Virus record (IMG/VR): IMGVR_UViG_3300045988_047031
Coordinates: 1 to 61,038 of that record
From: a virus
Length of the DNA stretch: 61,038 bases
Reading direction: 5' to 3' (one strand)
Positions 17,032-27,300 of the stretch are shown in pieces (position 1 is the first letter of the stretch; the number at the start of each line of letters is the position of its first letter). The position numbers and the translations under genes were made by a program. The notes under the pieces were generated by a model that worked only from the letters and a program-made list of their open reading frames with translations, searched no databases and had not been told where the DNA came from.

Positions 17032-18348
17032 ATGGTAAATAACCCTCTAGGGTCATGGAACGCATTCATGTCAACCAACAATGGTATTGATTATGACCCT
17101 GACTTGGTTTCCGGCTCAGGTATTGGCCGGCCATCAGGTGCGCTCCGTGGTTATACTTTCAAGCATCAAGACCTAATCAATAGTATTATCTCTATGATTT
17201 CTCTTGATGTCGCTATGGTTGACTTTAAACATTTAAAGATCAACGAAGAAGACGGTAATCAGACTTCTGTTGACTCAGGTCTGATCAATTGTTTGACAAC
17301 ATCTGCTAATATCGACCAAACAGGTCGCGCATTTATCTATGATGTAGCCTGGTCTCTTTTAGAAGAAGGTGTTGTTGCAATTGTCCCCGTCGACACAACG
17401 TCAAAACCCAACGATGACGGTTCCTATGATATATTATCGATGCGTGTTGGTAAGATCACCCAATGGTATCCTCGTGCTGTTCGGGTTAAAGTCTATAATG
17501 ATCAAAATGGATTAGAACAAGATTTGACGCTGTCCAAACAGTCGATTGTTATCTTAGAGTCTCCTCTTATTGGTCTGCTTAAAGACCGTAACTCAACGCT
17601 TAAACTGCTTGAGCAAAAGATGGATTTAATGTACTCTCAAGATAAGGCAGTGGCGGCTGGTAAACTTAACGGGTTTATCCAAATTCCATATGCCACAAAG
17701 AGTAGCTTACGTCAGGAACAGGCTAAGAGTCGTAAGACTCAGCTTGAGAAGGAATTGGCAGATAGTCAGTTTGGTATAGCGACCCTTGATGCTAACGAGA
17801 AGTTTATCCATACAGGTGGTAACATCAATAACAACCTCGTGGACGACATTCGTAAGCTTCAACAGGATTACTACAACCAAGTTGGTATTTCTTCCAAAGT
17901 CTTAGATGGTACTGCGAGTCAGGCCGAACTAAATCTCTATTACCATAGAGCAGTCGACCCTGTACTTCAGACTATTGTTGACGGTATTAACCGTATCTTC
18001 CTAACTAAGACAGCTCGAACTCAAGGGCAGGTAATCCAGTATTACCGCGACCCATTCCGTATGCTACCAGTTGAACAACTAGGTACTGCGGCAGACCTAT
18101 TTGCTCGTAATGCAATCTTCACATCGAATGAAATTCGTGCAATGCTAGGTCGTGCACCTCACCCAAGTCGTATCGGTGATATGCTCTTTAATAAGAATAT
18201 ATCAACAGGTACCGATTTGATGGGTCTAGGTGGTTATGATGGTACAACCCAAGAAGGTTATCCTGAAATCTATGATGATGGACAAGGCGGATATGTTGAC
18301 GCTGAAGGAAATCCTATAGATGAATACGGCAACCCATTGGATGTATAA
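17032..18348 (+). CDS. portal protein
   Basis: 438 aa directly after TerL; AAGGAGG RBS 12 nt upstream of ATG 17032 (ORF-track start 16987 lies inside terL). Confidence 0.8.
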   Translation: MVNNPLGSWNAFMSTNNGIDYDPDLVSGSGIGRPSGALRGYTFKHQDLINSIISMISLDVAMVDFKHLKINEEDGNQTSVDSGLINCLTTSANIDQTGRAFIYDVAWSLLEEGVVAIVPVDTTSKPNDDGSYDILSMRVGKITQWYPRAVRVKVYNDQNGLEQDLTLSKQSIVILESPLIGLLKDRNSTLKLLEQKMDLMYSQDKAVAAGKLNGFIQIPYATKSSLRQEQAKSRKTQLEKELADSQFGIATLDANEKFIHTGGNINNNLVDDIRKLQQDYYNQVGISSKVLDGTASQAELNLYYHRAVDPVLQTIVDGINRIFLTKTARTQGQVIQYYRDPFRMLPVEQLGTAADLFARNAIFTSNEIRAMLGRAPHPSRIGDMLFNKNISTGTDLMGLGGYDGTTQEGYPEIYDDGQGGYVDAEGNPIDEYGNPLDV

Positions 18349-18369
18349 AAATTTATGGAGGAAAAGTAG

Positions 18370-20469
18370 TTGCGAAAAAAGGCTGATTTCGCCGGATGGG
18401 TAACTAAGAATGACATTCGTTGTTCGGACGGTGTGACAATTCGTCACGATGCTTTCCGACAAAGTAATGGCGCTCAAGTACCTATCGTATGGCAACACGA
18501 TTACTCCAGTCCCTCAAACGTATTGGGGTATATGATTCTTCAGCACCGCGATGAGGGTGTCTATGGCTATGGATATCTTAATGATACAGACCATGCCCAA
18601 GATACTCGTACGCTTCTTAAACATGGTGATTTAAATGCTATGTCTATCGGCGCTCGTGGTATCCGTAAGAACGGTAATGACGTAATCCATGGAGAAATCT
18701 ATGAAGTAAGTCTAGTTCTTAAGGGCGCAAACCCTGGTGCTGTTATTGAACATGTTATGATCCATAGCGCATACGGGACTGAAGAGTATGAAGGTGATCG
18801 TGCGACCATTTTTACTGGTATCACGCAGGAACTTCTTCACTCAGATGATTCTGACGAAGAGGTCAACGAAGAAAAGGAGGGACAGATGTCTCGTTCATAC
18901 GAAGAACTTTTAGAAGGGCTTACTGACGAAGAACTAGCAACATTGGTCAACGGTGTTGTAGAAGACATTGCCGAAGCTATCGATGCTGAGGACGAAGAAG
19001 CTCAAAATGAATTAGAAATCCGCGGTCTTGAAGAAGAAGACGCTGATTACGATGAAGAAGAAGACGATTCAGATTATGATTCCGAAGAAGATGGATTTGA
19101 GTCTGAAGACGGTTATTCCGAAGGTGATGATTCTGCAGATGCAGGAGAGTCAGTGTCACACTCAATTTTTGAAGGAGAAGATATTTTGAAACATAACCAA
19201 TTCCAAGGCGCTACAGCAAGTGTAGATCAAAAGGAACTTGATACTCTATTACATAGTGCTATTTCTGGCAATGCTTCTACACTTGCAGGTGTATTGCGTG
19301 CTAACGGTGTATTGGGTGAAGATTCTATCCAACATGGTTTGGTTGGTATGGAAACTCTATTCCCACAACCAGCTACTAATGGTGGACTGAATGTTTATAA
19401 CCCAAGTGGACTGAATATCGATAAGATCATGGGTCAATTCGGTAAATCACCACTTCCGCGCGTTAAGAATTTGTTCGCTAACTTGACTGAAGACGAAGCT
19501 CGTGCTCGCGGTTACATCAAAGGTAACCAAACTCTGGATTCTATCGAAGAAGTTTACTTCCGTGAAACTACTCCAGGTTCTATTCACCGTCGCGAAACAA
19601 TCGACCATGATGACTTGATTGACTTGCAAGATGGTGGATTTGCGGCTGTAAACTTTATCCAACAAGTTCAAACTGCTAAATTCAAAGAAGAAATTGTTAA
19701 AGCTGCTTTCCTTTCAGATGGCCGTGACTTGACTCTTTCTACTGGTAAACGTAACCCTGAAAAGATTAGCGAACTTCATATTCGCCCAATCCTTAAGGAT
19801 CACCCATTGTTTACAATCAAGGTAACGTCTGCTACATTCAAGACTGCAGTTGATGATGTTATCAAGAAAGCATTCCCTGCATACCAAGGTTCAGGCAAAC
19901 CATCACTTTACATCAATCCGTTTGACTTGGCTAAGTTGAAGACATTGAAAGACGGTAATGGTCGCTACCTGTATGCTCCATCTATGGACAACAACCAAGT
20001 ACCAGGAAATGCCAACATTGCAGCTTACTTCATGTGTGACGAAGTCGTTGAATATCGCGCACTTCCTCAAGGAACTTTCGTAATCGGTAACTTGGCTGAC
20101 TATCAATTCGGTATGTCTCCAAACGGACAAATCGCTACATTTGACAGCTTCGACATCGACTTCATGCAACATAAATATTTGATGCATGCCCGTCTGTCTG
20201 GTGCAATTGTTACTCCTAAATCATTTATCGTGGTTACAGTAACTGATCCAGAAGCAACTGAGGAAACTGCTGTGAACTTTGATTCTACTGGTCTTAAGAC
20301 TAAACCAACTTGGACAGTTCAAACTGACCCAACTGAAGTGAAGGGTATTGGCGCTAAGGCTGTAGACTATGACGAAACTGTCAACGGCGCAGCTATGACT
20401 GAAGAAGAGAAGAAACTCGGAACAGTTGAAACAGCTCCGAAACCAAAGAAACCAAAGAAAGCTGAATAA
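18370..20469 (+). CDS. prohead protease - acidic scaffold/linker - HK97-fold major capsid protein fusion
   Basis: N-terminal HK97-type protease pattern (VPIVWQHD...GYL...MSIGAR...EVSLVLKGANPGA); 110-aa D/E-rich linker; capsid-like C-terminal 420 aa. TTG start; internal in-frame ATG 18886 with AAGGAGG RBS. Confidence 0.75.
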   Translation: MRKKADFAGWVTKNDIRCSDGVTIRHDAFRQSNGAQVPIVWQHDYSSPSNVLGYMILQHRDEGVYGYGYLNDTDHAQDTRTLLKHGDLNAMSIGARGIRKNGNDVIHGEIYEVSLVLKGANPGAVIEHVMIHSAYGTEEYEGDRATIFTGITQELLHSDDSDEEVNEEKEGQMSRSYEELLEGLTDEELATLVNGVVEDIAEAIDAEDEEAQNELEIRGLEEEDADYDEEEDDSDYDSEEDGFESEDGYSEGDDSADAGESVSHSIFEGEDILKHNQFQGATASVDQKELDTLLHSAISGNASTLAGVLRANGVLGEDSIQHGLVGMETLFPQPATNGGLNVYNPSGLNIDKIMGQFGKSPLPRVKNLFANLTEDEARARGYIKGNQTLDSIEEVYFRETTPGSIHRRETIDHDDLIDLQDGGFAAVNFIQQVQTAKFKEEIVKAAFLSDGRDLTLSTGKRNPEKISELHIRPILKDHPLFTIKVTSATFKTAVDDVIKKAFPAYQGSGKPSLYINPFDLAKLKTLKDGNGRYLYAPSMDNNQVPGNANIAAYFMCDEVVEYRALPQGTFVIGNLADYQFGMSPNGQIATFDSFDIDFMQHKYLMHARLSGAIVTPKSFIVVTVTDPEATEETAVNFDSTGLKTKPTWTVQTDPTEVKGIGAKAVDYDETVNGAAMTEEEKKLGTVETAPKPKKPKKAE

Positions 20470-20498
20470 GCATGGCTGGTAGATAGGAAGGTAATACA

Positions 20499-21053
20499 AT
20501 GACAAAAGCTGGAATTCGACTTATCTTCCGTTCTAAAGAGCCTGAAGAAATTAGCGTAGGGGTGCATGAGTATAAATATACTGTATCGCCCCTTATAACC
20601 GCTAAGATTTCTTCTAAATCTTTTAACGTAGAAGACCGAAGCTCAATCAACCAAAACACTAAGACTGAGTTGAAGTTTGATGTTTCGCTAATGAATGACT
20701 CGACCGATCGCGTGAATAGAATTTCTCATATCTTGTATATGGGTTCATATTACAAAGTCGGAAGTATTCGTCCATACCCGCCTCGGGTGGTTTTGACTAT
20801 TGAGGACATGGAAATCTCCGAACTCAAAGAACGTTTAGCTGAAGTCGTAACGAACGCTACTCAGAAAAGTCAAAATGAATTAAAACTTGAAGCACTAACT
20901 AAGATTGGATTGCAGGATTACCAAGAAGGGTTGGAAAACTCTCTAAGTAAATACGCTCTAGTTTTTAAAGATGGCGACGTTCAAGTTTGGACGGGCACCG
21001 AGTTCAAGGACTTTAAGTCTTTCTATGAAGAATTGGTTAAGGTGAAAGAATGA
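20499..21053 (+). CDS. head closure / head-tail joining protein-like
   Basis: position after the capsid gene; ILYMGSYYKVGSIRPYPPRVVLTIE resembles the head-tail joining family core. Confidence 0.45.
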   Translation: MTKAGIRLIFRSKEPEEISVGVHEYKYTVSPLITAKISSKSFNVEDRSSINQNTKTELKFDVSLMNDSTDRVNRISHILYMGSYYKVGSIRPYPPRVVLTIEDMEISELKERLAEVVTNATQKSQNELKLEALTKIGLQDYQEGLENSLSKYALVFKDGDVQVWTGTEFKDFKSFYEELVKVKE

Positions 21054-21355
21054 AAACAAGAGAACAAGTACTTCTTAAGATAAAAGATGAGATTTGTCCT
21101 AATGTTTACTTTACACCACCAGAAAATATTCAGTTGAAATATCCGGCATGTATTGTAACACGGGAAGATATTGATACTCAGAAAGCTAACAATAAGAACT
21201 ATATCACACGGGTTAATTATAAACTCGTCTATATTTCTAAAAGCGAAGCTGATGACGTCTTTATCAAAATCCCTAATGCTTTCATGTATTCGGATTTCAG
21301 AACTGAGTATAAAGTAAACGGTCTCTATCACAAGGTATTTGTGATCTACGAATAG
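21050..21355 (+). CDS. head-tail connector / tail completion protein (by position)
   Basis: 101 aa; ATGA overlap with the upstream gene. Confidence 0.45.
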   Translation: MKTREQVLLKIKDEICPNVYFTPPENIQLKYPACIVTREDIDTQKANNKNYITRVNYKLVYISKSEADDVFIKIPNAFMYSDFRTEYKVNGLYHKVFVIYE

Positions 21356-21370
21356 AAAGGAAGATATAAT

Positions 21371-22117
21371 TTGGCAACAGTTGATGAAGTAATTCAATAT
21401 GCTCGCGGTTTAGCAGATCAAGGTATTGGTACCGATGCCGATGGTTCATGGGGCACACAATGTGTAGACCTACCAAACAGTATTTCCCAAATTTACTTCG
21501 GTAAAATTCTTTGGGGTAACGCTATTGATTTGTTGGATTCTGCGGCTAGTCTTGGGTATGAAGTAGTATATGATGCTATTGGGGTTAATCCTCGTCGTGG
21601 TGCTATCTTTGTTATGGCGGTAGCAGAACATGGTTATGGACATACAGGTCTTGTTATTGAAGACTCTGACGGTTATACTATGTCTACTATTGAACAAAAC
21701 ATTGATGGTAACTGGGATGCTCTCTATGTAGGTGCTCCAGCACGCTACAATACCCGCGACTTTACCGGTATCGTTGGATGGTTCTATCCACCATATTCAG
21801 ATACACCTCAGCCAGAACCTGTTATCGCACCTCAACCAATCACACCTGCCGACGAAGTCGTTACTCATGACGAAGTTGGTAAGTTTACGGTTAAGGTCGC
21901 AGGTCTGAATGTACGTAAAACTCCAAGTCTCTCAGGAGATATTGTTGCTTTGTATACCCCTGATATGTCATTTGTTTATGATTCTTGGATGGACGCTGAC
22001 GGATATCGTTGGCTATCGTATGTTGGAGCAGAAAGCGGCGAACGTCGCTATGTTGCATGTGGTAATGTTGAGAACGGTGAACGTATCAATGCGTTTGGCG
22101 AATTCTCAGAAGCTTAA
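21371..22117 (+). CDS. CHAP-domain peptidoglycan hydrolase with C-terminal SH3-like domain
   Basis: GTQCVDLPN (catalytic Cys), GYGHTGLV (His), EQN; paralogue of the endolysin at 39616. TTG start supported by alignment (M)ATVDEVIQYAR versus MATKAEVINWAR. Confidence 0.8.
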   Translation: MATVDEVIQYARGLADQGIGTDADGSWGTQCVDLPNSISQIYFGKILWGNAIDLLDSAASLGYEVVYDAIGVNPRRGAIFVMAVAEHGYGHTGLVIEDSDGYTMSTIEQNIDGNWDALYVGAPARYNTRDFTGIVGWFYPPYSDTPQPEPVIAPQPITPADEVVTHDEVGKFTVKVAGLNVRKTPSLSGDIVALYTPDMSFVYDSWMDADGYRWLSYVGAESGERRYVACGNVENGERINAFGEFSEA

Positions 22118-22139
22118 TTTTATTGGAGGAAATTACTAG

Positions 22140-22829
22140 ATGGTAATGCTTAAATGGGATGAGGATACTAAACGCTTATTTGAAAATGGTGTGGATCAAG
22201 GTGTCCTCTATCTGAAAAAATCTGACGGTACTTATGACAAAGGTGTTGCATGGAATGGTCTGACTAAAGTATCAGAATCACCAGAAGGCGCTGAGTCTAC
22301 TGCGAAATACGCTAACAACAAGAAGTACCTTAACCTGCGTTCAGAAGAACGTTTCAAAGGTCAAATCTCTGCTTACACTTATCCACAAGAGTGGAATGCA
22401 TGTCAAGGTAAACGTTCACCTATGTCAACTGGTGGAACACCTAAAGCACTTGCTGGTGTAACTGTATCAGGACAAGCTCGTTCAGACTTCGGTCTTTCTT
22501 ACCGTACTCGTATTGGTAACGATACTGAAGGCCTTGACCATGGTTATATCCTTCACTTGGTTTACTCTGCATCTGCTGGTGTATCAAGTAAGGAATACCA
22601 AACAATCAATGAATCACCAGATGCGCTGGAATTCTCATGGGACTTCGACACAGTACCAACTACTGTAGCTGGTATGAAACCAACTGCCCATATCGAAATC
22701 AACAGCACACTTGTTGACAAGACTAAACTTGCAGATCTTGAGAAGAAACTTTATGGTGACGAAAGTGGCGAAGCTACTCTTCCAAAACCAGAAGAAGTAT
22801 TCACAATCCTGGGTCTTACTGCAGGGTAA
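22140..22829 (+). CDS. major tail protein (phi13-family-like)
   Basis: FENGVDQGVLYLK...GVAWNGLTKVSESPEGAE...YANNK pattern; position before the chaperones and TMP. Confidence 0.7.
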   Translation: MVMLKWDEDTKRLFENGVDQGVLYLKKSDGTYDKGVAWNGLTKVSESPEGAESTAKYANNKKYLNLRSEERFKGQISAYTYPQEWNACQGKRSPMSTGGTPKALAGVTVSGQARSDFGLSYRTRIGNDTEGLDHGYILHLVYSASAGVSSKEYQTINESPDALEFSWDFDTVPTTVAGMKPTAHIEINSTLVDKTKLADLEKKLYGDESGEATLPKPEEVFTILGLTAG

Positions 22830-22921
22830 CTAGCTAATTAATCAGTACGGGATAGGGGTTGGACGACTAAGGTCATGTCGGTACTGAAAATTTCAAAATG
22901 AATTCAAAAGGAGTATAGATA

Positions 22922-23344
22922 ATGATTTCAAGAACAGTAACTTATGCAAACTTGCTTGATGGCAAAGAAACAAAAGAAGAACTTTGGTTCCACTTACGTA
23001 AAGATGAGATCTTGCGTATTATGGGACGTGCTAAAAAGGATTGGGACGAGTATGTTAAAGAGATGACAGCCCGTGAAGACGTGGATGAAATCTTTGACTT
23101 CATTGAGTCCGTTCTTAAATTGGCTTATGGTGAGCGTCCATCAGAAGACGGTCGTGCCTTTATTAAGGATAAGAAACTTCAAGAGAAGTTTATTAATTCA
23201 GAAGCATACTCTGAGTTGATGGTTAGTATGATGGTCGACGTAGCCGAAGGCGGAAAAGAAACTCAAAAATTCTTTGGTGCATTGGTTGGCGATCAAAGTA
23301 AAGGAACTGTTCCTGAGAAAGTTTCTAAGCTCAAGAAGAAATAA
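22922..23344 (+). CDS. tail assembly chaperone-like protein
   Basis: acidic 140-aa protein between the major tail protein and TMP. Confidence 0.45.
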   Translation: MISRTVTYANLLDGKETKEELWFHLRKDEILRIMGRAKKDWDEYVKEMTAREDVDEIFDFIESVLKLAYGERPSEDGRAFIKDKKLQEKFINSEAYSELMVSMMVDVAEGGKETQKFFGALVGDQSKGTVPEKVSKLKKK

Positions 23345-23350
23345 AGGTTT

Positions 23351-23382
23351 GGCGTAAAAAATTACGCCTCTCTTTTGTTTTT
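23351..23382 (+). terminator. intrinsic terminator-like hairpin
   Basis: ggcgtaa-aaaa-ttacgcc followed by tctcttttgttttt. Confidence 0.55.
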
Positions 23383-23402
23383 ATCTCGATGGAGGTATAT
23401 TT

Positions 23403-23981
23403 ATGTTGATTATAGATACTCCGGATCGGGAGTTCTTTAACGAAGAGACTAGTAGGTTTATTGTTAAGCCAGGTAAAACCTTACACTTCGAACACAGTCT
23501 AAAAACACTAACCGAATGGGAGTCGATTTATCGCAAGCCTTTTCTAACTCGAGAAGAAAAGACCACTGGGGAGCTTTTCGACTACTTTATTCTAATGTGT
23601 GAAGAGGATATTGATTATTCAGACTTGACTGAGGATGTTGTAATCCAACTTTCCATGTATTTGAATGATAACCCAACAGCAACAACCATTAAGCAGAACG
23701 ACCAAGGTAATAAACAAGGTATGGTTATGACCTCGGAAGTAATATATGCTTATATGGCAAATGCTAGAATACCGTTTGAATGTGAGACTTGGAACCTACA
23801 TAGACTACTAACTCTTCTTAATGTTATAGGTGAGCTAAACTCTCCTAAGAAGAAACAAACAGAGGCGCAGACCTTGGCTGAATATGACCGTATTAACCAA
23901 GAACGTCTAGCCAAACTACAACAAATGAAGGAGGCTAGATTAAATGCGAATCAAGGTAACTTCCGTCCGCCGAAAATCTAA
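23403..23981 (+). CDS. hypothetical tail-module protein (192 aa)
   Basis: GGAGG RBS; position upstream of TMP. Confidence 0.55.
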   Translation: MLIIDTPDREFFNEETSRFIVKPGKTLHFEHSLKTLTEWESIYRKPFLTREEKTTGELFDYFILMCEEDIDYSDLTEDVVIQLSMYLNDNPTATTIKQNDQGNKQGMVMTSEVIYAYMANARIPFECETWNLHRLLTLLNVIGELNSPKKKQTEAQTLAEYDRINQERLAKLQQMKEARLNANQGNFRPPKI

Positions 23982-24324
23982 CCTTAAGTCTTCCCTGTCT
24001 AATGCTGAGACTATGCATAAAACTAAGGCAAGAGTAGATGGGATAGGTGCTAGGGGACTTAGCCGGCTAATATCTGCGACACCTAAGCGATCCGGTTCCA
24101 CTGCTTCTTCATGGGATATGGAAGTCGAAAAAACTCAAAATGGTTTAAATTTATACTATTCTAATTCCAAGAAAGTATCTGATGGGACACCATTAGTTGT
24201 CTTGATTGTTAATGGGCATGGTACCGGTACTGGTGGATATGTTCCTGCTAACAATTTTGTAGGCCCAATCGTGGACTCCATAGCTAATGAAATAATGAGG
24301 GAGGTGGAAAAAATAGTTGAGTAG
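23944..24324 (+). CDS. HK97 gp10-like tail component (tentative)
   Basis: AAGGAGG RBS; ATPKRSGSTASSW and VNGHGTGTGGYVPANNFVGPI resemble the gp10-family pattern. Confidence 0.4.
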   Translation: MRIKVTSVRRKSNLKSSLSNAETMHKTKARVDGIGARGLSRLISATPKRSGSTASSWDMEVEKTQNGLNLYYSNSKKVSDGTPLVVLIVNGHGTGTGGYVPANNFVGPIVDSIANEIMREVEKIVE

Positions 24325-27300
24325 ACAAGTAATTGAAGAACGTCTTATCAAACTCGGTATTGATAATGAACAGTTCAAGAAAGGCCTAAAGGAGTCTTTG
24401 AGTTCTCTTGAAGCTTTGGATAAAGGTCTAAGTAAGTCTGATGGTAAATCTAGTTTTACCAATATCGAGAAATCTGCCAAGAACCTCTCTAAATCTCTGA
24501 TTGACTTGATGGATAAAGCGCCTAAGATCGGTAATGTATTTCTTGGAGCTTTTGATAAAGTGACCGGTTCTTTATCTAGAACTACTGGTAGTTTCGGTAG
24601 CTTCGCGTCTAGTGTACTCGGGTTTATTTCCCCTGTATCGAGCGGCACTCAAGAGGCGGCCCAATCTATCGAGGATATGGGTTCTCGTGTAGAGCAATCC
24701 AGTCAAGGGTTTAGTTTCTTACAATCTATCGCTACCGTTGCACTGGGTAATATCGCAGCATCTGCTGTTCAAGCTGGTCTATCTATTACCATGAATTTAG
24801 GACGTAATATCTTAAATGCTGTTGCTCCGGTTAAACAAGGCTTCGGTCAGTTTGAAGACAAAATCAACTCGGTAAATATGTTGGTCGCGGCCCTTGGTAA
24901 ATCTGAGATGGGTAATATAACGGACTCTCTTGACGACTTGCAACAATATGCGGAAACAACCAAATACTCCGTTAAGCAGATGCATGGGTCTTTGGCTCAG
25001 TTCGTAAATGCCGGTGTTGGACTCAAAGAGTCAACAACCGCCCTGAAGGGCTGGGGTAACTTGGCCGCTTCTGCAGGTGCGTCGACTGATGGTTTTAACC
25101 GTTCATTGCAGTTCGGTGTACAACAAGCTCTACAAATGGGTAAGATGAATACTCAGAACTGGGTATCTGTTGAAAATGCCGGAATGGCAACCCAACGTTT
25201 TAAAGATATCTTGCTTGAAACTGCAGCCGCTATGGGCCAAGAAGTCGATATGTCAGAAGGCTTCCGGAACTCACTCCAACAAGGCTGGTTAACAAATGAC
25301 ATCCTTATTAAGTCTTTGGAAACACTGGCTAATGATGAGACCCTATCTAAGATGGCTGAAGAGTTCCATACTCTCGGTGAAGTATCTGAAGCCGTTGCTG
25401 ACCAGGTAACAAGTGTATGGGCTCGTTTCTGGGAAACCCTTATTGGTCAAGCTGGTAGCGACGAAGTTACTGCTTTCTGGACTAAATGGGGTAATATAGC
25501 GGCCAATGCTTTATCTAAGGTTGGTGCTCAGGCAGTCGGGTTTGCTAAAGCTTTTGTAGACCTTGGTGGTCGTCAGAAGATTATACAGCTAATGGAGACT
25601 GCGTTTAACTCACTTAGTCTTATTCTTAAACCAATAGGTGATGCGTTTCGTAAAGTATTTGGTGATAGTCATACTATAAGTTTGGGTCAGAGACTAGTAA
25701 ACCTTATTCAAGGGCTAACCGATAAACTTAAGATTGGTAAAGCTGAGTCTCAAGCCTTTGGTCAAATTTTCCAAACTATATTTGGTATTATCAAGTGGGT
25801 TTTGGCTGAGTTAGGCGCTAAACTTAAGATTGTTGAATTACTTATTCCCGACCATTTATTTAAGAACTTTGTCTTGTTCTTAGGTATGTTGTCTAGTGTC
25901 GTGAGTTCGGTTATCCGTACGATTGAAACTATTGTCGGTAAATTTATTGACTTCAAGAAAGCCGGCGAAATATTGGACCTTGTGTCCGAGAAAGTCCATA
26001 ACTTCTGGAATAAAGTCAATGAATATCTGGGCAAGTTCGCACAAAATTGGATGACCGCATTTGATAATCTTCCGAATGGTGTCGGTAAGGTTATCGACTG
26101 GCTTAAGAAGTTCTGGGAAGTTATTAAACTTCTAACCCCAGCTATTGGTGAGTTTAAACAGAATATTCGTACAATGTTCTCATACTTTACTAATCCATTC
26201 AAGACTCTTAATGATGTTCTTGGTAAGAACTATAAAGGGTTTAATGATTGGTCGTTTGGCGTTGGTAATGCGATGAAACGATTCCCAGTATTCGGTAAGA
26301 CGCTGGGCGATTTTATTATCGGTTTCTCCCATTTCAATACCGCTACCTATGATATGAATAGTGCAGCCGGTAAGTTCGGAGACAAACTTCGTCGTAACTT
26401 AAGTAAGATTAGTCATGACTGGGATGCGTTCTCAGGAAACATGAAGTTTAACTACAAAGCTTTCTGGACTCAGTTCAATTCGAATATGGATAAGGTTCTG
26501 AATGGACAAATCCGTAGCTGGAAAGACTTTAACAAGAACCTTAACTGGGGTTCTCTAATCCCATCTAACATTTCTGGCATATTTAAAGGACTTAAGTTCG
26601 ATATGCCCGATACTAGTAAGATTAAATCGGGTCTTGCTAGTTTTGCATCCAACCCATTTGGTTCTATTACCAAAGGAAGTGCGGGATTGTCAAAATGGTT
26701 GGAAAGTTCGACATTCTCATTCAAATCATTAGGTGATGTTGTTAGAAAAACATGGCCGTCTCTTGGTGAGTATGCCGATAAACTTGATAAAGTCCAATTC
26801 TCATTCGCCTTTTTATCACCAGTAGTAGATGCTGTCGGTAAGGCCTTTGATTGGCTATCTCAGAAACTAGCTGGGTTTAGTATTGGTAATTTCAAGTTCT
26901 CTGATTTAGCAGATGGGTTTAAACAAATCCAGCAAACGCTGAGCGCTAACTTTGCAGACGGGTTCATCCCAGGTTTGGTTAAGTCTATTGACGGTTTCCG
27001 TAAATGGGCTAGCGAGCTGGGTGCTGTTAAATTGGCAGTAGAAGGCTTCAATACTAGTAAAAATCTTGTCGGCGAGTTGACCGATAATATTAAGAAACGT
27101 TTGTCGCAATCAAAAGGTGATTTTACTAACTATAAGACCACACTGAAGACATTCGGCGGATGGTTTAAATCTTTCTGGCAGGGTATTGGTGATACCGCTA
27201 AAGGCCCTACGATGACTAAGATATTTGATGGTTTCAAGGACACGTTCTCTGGAATTATCAATTGGTTTAAATCTACCTTTGGCCCTTGGTTTAAACAGTT

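Noticed and set aside
23944-23981. Programmed frameshift (G/GT-type chaperone) between 23403-23981 and 23944-24324
   Set aside because: The downstream ORF is in the +1 frame, not -1. It has its own strong AAGGAGG-ATG start. The 38-nt overlap contains no XXXYYYZ heptamer.
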